Shown: piece after piece, positions 9,490 through 16,704 of the stretch | Position numbering within the stretch: the stretch's first letter is position 1 | Layout: each line of letters opens with the position of its first letter | Virus record (IMG/VR): IMGVR_UViG_3300032241_003073 | Coordinates: 1-64,000 of that record | Source of the DNA: a virus | DNA length: 64,000 bases | Direction: 5' to 3' (one strand) | Translations under genes and position numbers: made by a program | The notes under the pieces: generated by a model | Databases searched by the model: none | What the model saw: only the letters and a program-made list of their open reading frames with translations | What the model was told of the DNA's origin: nothing

Positions 9490-9493
9490 AATG

Positions 9494-9694
9494 TTATATA
9501 GATTTTTTATTTTTGTTTTTACTTTTAACTTTTTTATGAGTTATTTCGCCATTTCTATATGCTAAATTGGTTTTATTAGAATTCTGATCACTACAGGCAC
9601 CTAAAACTTGATAATCGTTTGTGTCTGTGCAATTGCCGATATATGGCCCAACACCCATTTCTCTTATTTTAATCCACTCAGAAAATTTTATCAT
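9494..9694 (-). CDS. small hypothetical protein with capsid-targeting-like N-terminus
   Basis: MIKFSEWIKIRE start. Confidence 0.65.
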   Translation of the reverse strand: MIKFSEWIKIREMGVGPYIGNCTDTNDYQVLGACSDQNSNKTNLAYRNGEITHKKVKSKNKNKKSI

Positions 9695-9697
9695 ATT

Positions 9698-10426
9698 TTA
9701 TATATTGCTTGATAAGTCTGAAATTACCCCCCAATTTTTGTTTACATTGGCAATATAGTTTTTATTTTTTTCCAGTTCATAAAGAGATTCAATGCTTATT
9801 AGTTTAGTCTTTTCGATGTCCTTATCTTTAAAGTTTTTAACTCTATCTTCGTTCGAATGATCTATTGTTCGGCAAAACTTTTTTTCTGTATTAATATAAA
9901 ATAATCCATTTTGCATTTTTACTCTATATTGAAAGTTTGTATCATCCCATCCCCATCCTAAATTTAAATTTTCATCATATCCATTGACGCTATAAAAGTG
10001 CTCTCTACGTACAGCTATTTTGCCACAACTTCCATGATTGTTCATCGAATCTAATGAAGGCGAACACACAAGACAATTATATTTTTTAAAAGAATGGGCC
10101 AAAAATTCAACGAATCCTGGTACGATATAGTTGTCTGCATCAATATTACAAATAATATCTCCGACTGCTTGTCTGTGTGCTATGTTTTTTGAATGTGTTG
10201 CAACAAAATATTCAGGCATTTGCGTTCTATAGTATTTTAATTTTCCTGTTTCTATGTATTTATTTAAATTGTTCTTAACCCAATCATGCATCCCGTCTCT
10301 ACTTCCGTAATTTAAAACGATAAATTCACAATTGGGATAACTTGAAGTATTAATAATATTAATTGGAAGTGTTTGTTTTAAATGATGCAACCTTCCCATG
10401 CAAGTTGTGCAGAATGATATTTTCAT
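9698..10426 (-). CDS. GT2/GT7C-like glycosyltransferase
   Basis: ISFCTTCMGR, NIDADN (DxD), VNGYDE...GWGWDD. Confidence 0.88.
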   Translation of the reverse strand: MKISFCTTCMGRLHHLKQTLPINIINTSSYPNCEFIVLNYGSRDGMHDWVKNNLNKYIETGKLKYYRTQMPEYFVATHSKNIAHRQAVGDIICNIDADNYIVPGFVEFLAHSFKKYNCLVCSPSLDSMNNHGSCGKIAVRREHFYSVNGYDENLNLGWGWDDTNFQYRVKMQNGLFYINTEKKFCRTIDHSNEDRVKNFKDKDIEKTKLISIESLYELEKNKNYIANVNKNWGVISDLSSNI

Positions 10427-10614
10427 TAGTTTTCATTTGGCAAATCTATGTATTCTGTTGTGAATTCTTCATTTTCAATGCTAATAGATATTGTTACGGT
10501 TGATGATCCTCCATAATATTTGGATGATTGATTTATTCTAATTTTTAGATTTTTTTGAATATACTCTTTGATGAAATTATTCAATTCTTCTTTTGTTTTT
10601 GGAATTTCATTCAT
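10426..10614 (-). CDS. hypothetical protein
   Basis: start and stop overlap the neighbouring genes. Confidence 0.55.
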   Translation of the reverse strand: MNEIPKTKEELNNFIKEYIQKNLKIRINQSSKYYGGSSTVTISISIENEEFTTEYIDLPNEN

Positions 10615-10997
10615 TTTATTTCTTTTATTTCACCTTCATCAGTAGAATAATAAACATTGTCAAAAATGTTTTGAACCCAAGGTAAACAAAGGTCACACGG
10701 AAAACTATTCCTCATTTGACCTTTTTTGTTGAATCTAAAATTAATTAATGTTAGTTTTTTATTTTTTGGACACTTTATAAAAGCATCTATTTCTGAATGG
10801 ACTTCGTTGAAGCGATAGCCGATTTCGTGAGCCGCAGGATGTGTTTTGAAGGCGTTTACACCTATAGATATTAGTTTTCCTTTACATAAAATAAGACTTA
10901 TGTGTTTTTGTTTTCTTAAACAAAAAAATTCATGTTTTTTGTATTCATTTATTGCTATCTTTGTTAGTTTTTTTATTTTCTTTTCTGATAAATTCAT
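10611..10997 (-). CDS. zinc-dependent cytidine/dCMP deaminase-fold protein
   Basis: HSE (HxE) and PCDLC (PCxxC) motifs. Confidence 0.8.
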   Translation of the reverse strand: MNLSEKKIKKLTKIAINEYKKHEFFCLRKQKHISLILCKGKLISIGVNAFKTHPAAHEIGYRFNEVHSEIDAFIKCPKNKKLTLINFRFNKKGQMRNSFPCDLCLPWVQNIFDNVYYSTDEGEIKEIK

Positions 10998-11265
10998 TTA
11001 AATTTTCTTTCCAAAGATCGTGAAATGTTTCTTCAGAATCATCGCCACAAACAAGCCAATCAATTCTTTTCACCATTATAGATGAAATTTCTAATAACTG
11101 AATAGTTTTTTCAAATTTTTTAATGGTTTCTTCTGAATAATGTCTTCCTTTAATTTCTCCATATTTATTCAAATCTTCATCTTTGTTGGTGACTATAAGA
11201 TCTTTAATTGTATTGATAATGTCATCAATATGAAATTGCTTGTAGTCAAAATGACCGCCAGACAT
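10945..11265 (-). CDS. conserved phage hypothetical protein
   Basis: MSGGHFDY...RIDWLVCGDDSEE signature. Confidence 0.7.
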   Translation of the reverse strand: MSGGHFDYKQFHIDDIINTIKDLIVTNKDEDLNKYGEIKGRHYSEETIKKFEKTIQLLEISSIMVKRIDWLVCGDDSEETFHDLWKENLNEFIRKENKKTNKDSNK

Positions 11266-11388
11266 GATTTTTGCCTTTCTTGAAATCAAAATTATTCGTA
11301 AGGATGGTTCCATTATTGCAAAAATCAAAATTTTTTGCAATAATTTTTTTTTGAAACATTAAATACATATCGCTAAAAAGGAAAAAAA

Positions 11389-13506
11389 ATGAGTTTTAAA
11401 TCTTGGATTTTAGCAGAAAACATTATTGTAAAGTACGGAAAAGACGAAGCATCTTTAGTGCCAGCAACAACTAACATTCTTCCATATGATTTTCATTATC
11501 AAAGTGAAAATGATTATGCAACATACTTTATAGGATTTTATCGAGCAGAAAGAACTGGTTATGTTTCTTTAGGTTCCCAGCCAACCCATATTGGAATCAT
11601 AAAGACAAATTCTATTAATCATGGAAATGCAGTTGATATTGGTTTTATCAAAAATTTAATTGGTGAATTGTCAAAAATGGGTTTTAAATCTGTTCCTTAT
11701 AAAGAGGTTGGAACCAATTTTGACAAGGCTTTTTCAAATGTAGGATACAAACCAGAAAATCCAGCACAAACAGGATACACTACTGGAGAAAATATTCCAG
11801 ATATAGATTTAGGACAATCTTCCACTCATTCAATGTCTCCTGGAATTTCTGTTTCTAGAGCGGCAGGATCTTGGGCTTATTTTATTGAAGTTGGTACAGG
11901 AAGTTCCCAATTTTATTTGTCAAAATTAATTAATGCTATTAAACAAGCCGCACAACCTCTGGTAAATAATGATTTAATTGATTTTTATAGTTTTCATAAT
12001 CGCACATCAGGAAAAGACGAAATTGTTTATTCTTCTAAAGGCAAAGAATCAAAAGAAAATTATTCTACACAATTAAGCCAATGTATGTCTCAATTAAAAT
12101 ATATGGCTTCTGTCATGCAAAAAGAAATGCCATCTTATATTAAACAACTACTCAATAGAATTAATCTTGAAGGTGCAAAAAACGCAGAAAACTGGACAGG
12201 AAGATTGGCAGAGCCTAAAAATTATAAGTTGAAATTTTCTAAGATGTATGAATTGATTCAGTCTTCTTTAGGTGACGATATTATAATTAAATCATTCCTA
12301 GATGCGATGAAACTACAAGATACAGAAAGGTTTAATCAATTAGAAAAAATCGCAAAATGGTCTGAAAATAAAGATTCTAATCGTTCTTGGATTGGTGGGG
12401 CTCTAGAAAACATAGAAAAATTTTGGGGCAATGACGAGTCCAAACTTGTTCGAGCATATTCAGACCCAGAAAAAGTTTTTCTCTATATTTCTAGTCTGTA
12501 TGAGACTCTTGTTGTTTATGGCGATTTATTAAAAGAAATTGAACCAGACGAATATGATCATTTGGTGCAAACTGCTAAATACTCAATAGAAAAAGGATTT
12601 GAAGAGGGTCATGCTCGTGGGTTGTCTAGGCATGAAATTGTTCGTCTGAATGATTTAGCAGATGTTTTAGATTTAAATCCAAAAATTAAACATGAATTAG
12701 AACAAAATTCTCAAGAGCTTAAAGATCAAGAAGAAAAAAGACAGAATAAAATGAAAGAAGAAAGATTGTCTCAAAGGTTCTTAATTCCCGAAGGTCAATT
12801 TTCATATCTTGAAAAAGATGTTTGGAAAACTATACCTGATAAATTTCTTGAATATTATAATGGAAAATATGAAATTAACTTTGGTGAATTAGCATTGGAT
12901 TTTATTGATGACGATACCAAAGAATCAATAAGTCATGACGCTTATGAAAAAGCAGAAGAAGAGGCTCATGGAGATGTTTCTGAAAGACCTTCAGAAACAT
13001 ATGGGCAGGATAAGAAAGAATTATTTGACGATATTGATTATTATTGGGATAAATTCATAGAAGATTATGAATTGGATGATATCAACGAAGATACTCCTGA
13101 ACAGGAAATTCCAGAAATAATTAAAAAGCATTATGTTGATGATTTTATTGATTGGCGAAAAGAAAAAATGCAAGAAGACGAAGATAGTGATGGTAGATAT
13201 ACACCAGACACGGAATCACATGAATTCCAAATGAGAATTCACGAAATTGAAAAAGAATTGGCCGAGGAAAAAGCTTGGGAACAAGGATTGGCAACAATAT
13301 ACAATGATGATGGGGATATATTCATCCAAACTCATAAGAATAATTATGAAAAAATTAAGTCAATTATCAAAAAAACTATAGAATTAAATCTTTCTAAAAA
13401 AGACAATGATGGAATTCCATATTGGAAAAGTAGTACACCTATAAATATTGATTTTATACCTCAAGGGGGATTTAGAAAATCTGCTTATGATATGCTAAAC
13501 ATGTGA
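11389..13506 (+). CDS. large acidic hypothetical protein, candidate internal head protein
   Basis: 705 aa; MSFKSWILAE N-terminus; TAAATA and AAGGA upstream. Confidence 0.75.
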   Translation: MSFKSWILAENIIVKYGKDEASLVPATTNILPYDFHYQSENDYATYFIGFYRAERTGYVSLGSQPTHIGIIKTNSINHGNAVDIGFIKNLIGELSKMGFKSVPYKEVGTNFDKAFSNVGYKPENPAQTGYTTGENIPDIDLGQSSTHSMSPGISVSRAAGSWAYFIEVGTGSSQFYLSKLINAIKQAAQPLVNNDLIDFYSFHNRTSGKDEIVYSSKGKESKENYSTQLSQCMSQLKYMASVMQKEMPSYIKQLLNRINLEGAKNAENWTGRLAEPKNYKLKFSKMYELIQSSLGDDIIIKSFLDAMKLQDTERFNQLEKIAKWSENKDSNRSWIGGALENIEKFWGNDESKLVRAYSDPEKVFLYISSLYETLVVYGDLLKEIEPDEYDHLVQTAKYSIEKGFEEGHARGLSRHEIVRLNDLADVLDLNPKIKHELEQNSQELKDQEEKRQNKMKEERLSQRFLIPEGQFSYLEKDVWKTIPDKFLEYYNGKYEINFGELALDFIDDDTKESISHDAYEKAEEEAHGDVSERPSETYGQDKKELFDDIDYYWDKFIEDYELDDINEDTPEQEIPEIIKKHYVDDFIDWRKEKMQEDEDSDGRYTPDTESHEFQMRIHEIEKELAEEKAWEQGLATIYNDDGDIFIQTHKNNYEKIKSIIKKTIELNLSKKDNDGIPYWKSSTPINIDFIPQGGFRKSAYDMLNM

Positions 13507-13556
13507 TCTAATTATTTCACTAATTTTTTCCAGTTTTCCTGTTCGGACATATAAAG

Positions 13557-13631
13557 TGGGCTGTCTCAGAGTCGAACTGAGTTCTCATGTTCTTCAGACA
13601 TGCGATAAATGACCGCACTAGCTCACAGCCC
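13557..13631 (-). tRNA. trnF: tRNA-Phe(GAA), atypical D-arm
   Basis: Acceptor GGGCTGT/ACAGCCC, anticodon arm CATGT-CTGAAGA-ACATG, T-arm CTCAG-TTCGACT-CTGAG, A73. Confidence 0.85.
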
Positions 13632-13920
13632 AAACAATCTCTTTAACATCAGACGATGGATCGCAGTCATAAACTACGGTTGTAAAATTAGATTCAGAAA
13701 TGACATAAATCATTCCTTCAAAATCATCGTCGGATTTTTTATACGCAGATTCATCACGATATAGGAAAAATTCATTTTCGAGAGAAATATCATTGGTATA
13801 AGGTATCGCAACATCATCATCCACCCCTTGATACCACATATTTTTCCATTTTTTGAAACAAATCTCGACAATATATTCTTTTGAAAGATTTGTCAAAATA
13901 TCAATGCCGCCTATTTCCAT
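13618..13920 (-). CDS. acidic hypothetical protein inside the tRNA cluster
   Basis: AGGA RBS; 100 aa; stop codon lies 14 nt inside tRNA-Phe. Confidence 0.6.
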   Translation of the reverse strand: MEIGGIDILTNLSKEYIVEICFKKWKNMWYQGVDDDVAIPYTNDISLENEFFLYRDESAYKKSDDDFEGMIYVISESNFTTVVYDCDPSSDVKEIVWAVS

Positions 13921-14157
13921 TATTATTTTCCTAAAAAGTGTTTAATCGCATCTTCCTTCGCATATCGTTTTTAATTCGTCGTTAACCATTCCAGATATTG
14001 CCCACTTTGGTAATTTTAAAGACCAAGCAAGACGAATACTTGCAACCCATATCTACAATGCCTTCTTTTCCAGGCTCAGTGCAGCCTAGAATAAAAGCAC
14101 CAACAATTTTCACTTCTTCTTTTTTCATTTTTTAATTATTTTCTGAAAACAAGGGAG

Positions 14158-14244
14158 CGGAAGGCTGAGGTCTCGATCCCCAAACCCGTTAGGATTCCAA
14201 CCGTTTTCAAGACGGTGTTGGCACGCCAGTCCAATTAACCTTCC
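14158..14244 (-). tRNA. trnS: tRNA-Ser(UGA), atypical T-loop
   Basis: Acceptor GGAAGGT/GCCTTCC, anticodon arm ACCGT-CTTGAAA-ACGGT, long variable arm, T-loop ATCGAGA, G73. Confidence 0.88.
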
Positions 14245-14251
14245 AATTTAA

Positions 14252-14334
14252 TGGGCAGAGAGGGATTCGAACCCCCGAACTCATAAGAGACCTGATTTAC
14301 AGTCAGGTGCATTTAGCCACTCTGCCACCTGCCC
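14252..14334 (-). tRNA. trnY: tRNA-Tyr(GUA)
   Basis: GGGCAGGTGGCAGAGTGGCTAAATGCACCTGACTGTAAATCAGG...GGTTCGAATCCCTCTCTGCCCA, canonical cloverleaf. Confidence 0.95.
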
Positions 14335-14350
14335 ATTATTTTTCCAAAAG

Positions 14351-14434
14351 CGGAAGTGACAGGCGACGACCCTGTAAGGCTATTAAGCCCACCTGTTTAG
14401 CAAACAGGCTCCTAAACCACTTCGGGTCACTTCC
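14351..14434 (-). tRNA. trnS: tRNA-Ser(GCU), atypical T-loop
   Basis: Acceptor GGAAGTG/CACTTCC, anticodon arm CCTGT-TTGCTAA-ACAGG, variable arm GGCTTAATAGCC, T-loop GTCGTCG, G73. Confidence 0.85.
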
Positions 14435-14451
14435 ATTTGGAATTAATCAAA

Positions 14452-14464
14452 TTTTCAAAGATCA
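14452..14464 (-). promoter_or_regulatory. boxA-like antitermination element
   Basis: TGATCTTTGAAAA between the terminator and the first tRNA. Confidence 0.55.
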
Positions 14465-14465
14465 A

Positions 14466-14512
14466 ATAAAAAACCCTCAGCAACCCTCTTTTGAAAGGTT
14501 GCTGAGGGTTTT
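14466..14512 (-). terminator. intrinsic terminator (attenuator) upstream of the tRNA cluster
   Basis: 12-bp stem CCCTCAGCAACC/GGTTGCTGAGGG followed by TTTTTTATTT. Confidence 0.92.
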
Positions 14513-14534
14513 ACCCCACAATTGTTCCTTTAGT

Positions 14535-14609
14535 CTAGGAAGCAACCTTCATCTTGTCATTGGATGACAAGTAATAATAGGATGACGAACTAAAGGATGA
14601 CTTACTCAC
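14535..14609 (-). CDS. Ser/Tyr/Phe-rich attenuator leader peptide MSKSSFSSSSYYYLSSNDKMKVAS
   Basis: GAGG RBS 6 nt before GTG; 10 Ser, 3 Tyr and 1 Phe in 24 codons; overlaps segments complementary to the terminator 5' arm. Confidence 0.82.
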   Translation of the reverse strand: MSKSSFSSSSYYYLSSNDKMKVAS

Positions 14610-14658
14610 GATTTGCCTCAATTGTGTGTGTTTGAAACTTTATCAATGTTGTGAAGGT

Positions 14659-14687
14659 ATATTAGCATCTCAGATTCAATTTTTCAA
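14659..14687 (-). promoter_or_regulatory. sigma70-type promoter of the leader/tRNA operon
   Basis: TTGAAA-17 nt ending TGC-TAATAT. Confidence 0.65.
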
Positions 14688-14713
14688 GGTTTTTTTAAAA
14701 ATTTTTTAAAAAA

Positions 14714-15289
14714 TTATTTTTCATCTGTTTCTGTGGCTCCTTTTGGAAGATTCATTTTGTAAATTCTATTTGAGATTGCTTGAAGTTTTGATGCCATTAA
14801 ATTGTAAATTTTATTGCAAATTTTTCTAATTGTATCATTTAAAATCGTGTAAATAAAAGATAGTGGCCAAAATAAAATTCATCCAAAAAATACTTCTTTG
14901 TGTGAAGATATCCGTGGCGGATCGAGCGAAATTCTAGAACTTTGTTTATAAGCATTCCAAGAACTTGCATCTTCTGGAATTTTTGTATATTCGCAATATA
15001 GGCGAAATTTTTCTTTAATTTCATCAACTTGATTTTTGACATATACTATCCATTTGATAATTCCCCATAAAGTTCCTATCAAAAAATATCCCGCTATAAT
15101 TCCTAAAGTCATAAATGGATGAATTTTTATAAATCCCCATGTATCTAAAATCCCAAACCATTGAAGCATTGTGATGTATAAAAACGAACAAATAGTTACG
15201 CCAAGATATAGATAAAATGAATCGTAGACAATGCACAAAAGAAATAAAAGCACACAAACTGATGTGATTGGAAAAAGAATATATGGCAT
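14714..15289 (-). pseudogene. multi-TM membrane protein gene with one in-frame TGA (14879-14881)
   Basis: Frame stays open for 54 codons after the TGA (..VFFG*ILFWPLSFIYTILNDTIRKI..), ending at TAA 14714. Confidence 0.6.
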
Positions 15290-15352
15290 TTTATTCTCCA
15301 AAAAAAAATAGATTTTTGTTTGATGGCACAAAAATCTAAAAGCCTTTAAATT

Positions 15353-16177
15353 TTAGTGATATTCGTGAGCATTAAAGGAAATGTAATTATTTCTAATCAA
15401 AATAATTCCTATTCCTGTAATTCCTTGGAAATCACCACTTCCACTCGTAATGGTATAGTTTCCGCCTGTAACATCGTAAATTGTCATCACATTCATTTCA
15501 ATTGTTCCACTTGATGTGGTAATTGTAATGTTTCCTACTTGATCTTTTATGCTGCCAGCAATCGTGCTGGGGTAAATATTTCCACCAATTCTAATATTGG
15601 CAGATCCAGAAAAAGTCCAATCTGAACTAGATGGAGAATCTACATTGACTTGTCCTTGAATCAATGTTCCTGATGCAAACGAAGGTCTGTATTCATGTGG
15701 ATTAAAACTTGTGTTTGAACCACTAAAAAACAAAACACCAGTGCCTACCGAATTGACAAAATTACCAGTTCCACCAGTAATTTTGTAATTTCCTGCTGTC
15801 ATATCGTTTAATGTAATGACAGATAGAGTCAAATTGCCATCACTGGTAGCGACAGTCAATGTTCCGGTGTATGTTTGGGTTGAAATTGTGCCTTCAACTG
15901 AGGCTGAATTATAAGAGATCCCATTAATTATAATGGGTCCAGTATAAAATACAGTATAAGGAGCATTTGCAAGGGCTGGAGGTGTCAGTGAATCACTTAG
16001 AGATCCTGTGATTTTAGTGGGCAAAGCAACATCGGTATGCGGAGAAACATGATTTTTATGATTTTGTGATACATGCGATACAGGATGGTGAATGGGATTG
16101 TGAATAGGATGATGAACAGTTGTCGAAAGAAGCTCAATCTTTTCAAGATTTTCAAGAACTGGCTTAAACTTTTTCAT
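15353..16177 (-). CDS. Planctomycete-type extracellular protein with two tandem beta-rich repeats
   Basis: N-terminal FKPVLENLEKIELLS resembles the planctomycete LExLExRxLLS motif; His/Pro linker; two repeats ending SFNPHEYR and SFNAHEYH. Confidence 0.7.
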   Translation of the reverse strand: MKKFKPVLENLEKIELLSTTVHHPIHNPIHHPVSHVSQNHKNHVSPHTDVALPTKITGSLSDSLTPPALANAPYTVFYTGPIIINGISYNSASVEGTISTQTYTGTLTVATSDGNLTLSVITLNDMTAGNYKITGGTGNFVNSVGTGVLFFSGSNTSFNPHEYRPSFASGTLIQGQVNVDSPSSSDWTFSGSANIRIGGNIYPSTIAGSIKDQVGNITITTSSGTIEMNVMTIYDVTGGNYTITSGSGDFQGITGIGIILIRNNYISFNAHEYH

Positions 16178-16241
16178 GCTCTTGGTTTCTCCGTTTGAGT
16201 TGGCGTTGGTAATTGTTGCTTTTTGTGTGGCAACGATAATG

Positions 16242-16269
16242 ACTATACCATTACTTTTTTTATTGTAAA
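16242..16269 (-). promoter_or_regulatory. sigma70-type early promoter
   Basis: TTTACA-16 nt ending TGG-TATAGT. Confidence 0.6.
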
Positions 16270-16305
16270 GAAGAAAATTTAGAATTCTTTAGACTAAATA
16301 ATTTA

Positions 16306-16632
16306 ATGAATACTTTTAAAGAATTTCTAGAGTCTAAGTTAATAAATGAAGATGCTCCTCCTCCTGGCGGTGCAGACATGGGAGGAATTAGTTCTCCTGG
16401 CTCTTTACCTCCGGGTGGGGGAATGGGTTCTTCTCCTATGCCTGGAGGATTAGGTGCTGGTTTAGGTGACCCTCCTATGGGTGGTGGTCTTGGTGGTGGT
16501 CTTGGTGGTGGTCTTGGTGGTGGTCTTGGTGGTCCATCTATGGGTGGTGGACCCACAGGAACAGCCCCAACAAAACTTAAAGCGTATAATGTTTGGGATG
16601 TCTTGGAACGAGTGCTTGGCGATAAAAAATAA
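16306..16632 (+). CDS. Gly/Pro/Met-rich protein with capsid-targeting-like N-terminus
   Basis: MNTFKEFLESKLINE; GGGL repeats; TAAATA 5 nt before ATG. Confidence 0.75.
   Translation: MNTFKEFLESKLINEDAPPPGGADMGGISSPGSLPPGGGMGSSPMPGGLGAGLGDPPMGGGLGGGLGGGLGGGLGGPSMGGGPTGTAPTKLKAYNVWDVLERVLGDKK
16480..16533 (+). repeat. 12-bp tandem repeat (GGTGGTGGTCTT) x4 encoding GGGL
   Basis: read directly from the sequence. Confidence 0.9.
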
Positions 16633-16704
16633 TTGTTCTATTGATTTATTTTCAAAATTTCTGTAAATTTATCGCTTCAAGTTTGTTTTTTTGGAGCAAT
16701 CCCG

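Noticed and set aside
14307-14567. Plus-strand 86-aa ORF
   Set aside because: Antisense to the tRNAs and attenuator; no RBS or protein-like features.
6924-14609. tRNA-Leu(UAA) as part of the attenuated operon (the leader has one TTG codon)
   Set aside because: It is 6 kb away beyond an opposite-strand gene and has its own promoter; one Leu codon is not evidence.
14466-14640. T-box riboswitch as the explanation for the tRNA leader
   Set aside because: No UGGNACC T-box bulge or long stem I is visible, whereas an RBS, a codon-biased ORF and attenuator pairings are present.
16260-16666. Poly-Pro (minus strand) and poly-Val ORFs
   Set aside because: Alternative-frame readings of the GGTGGTGGTCTT repeat in the Gly-rich gene.
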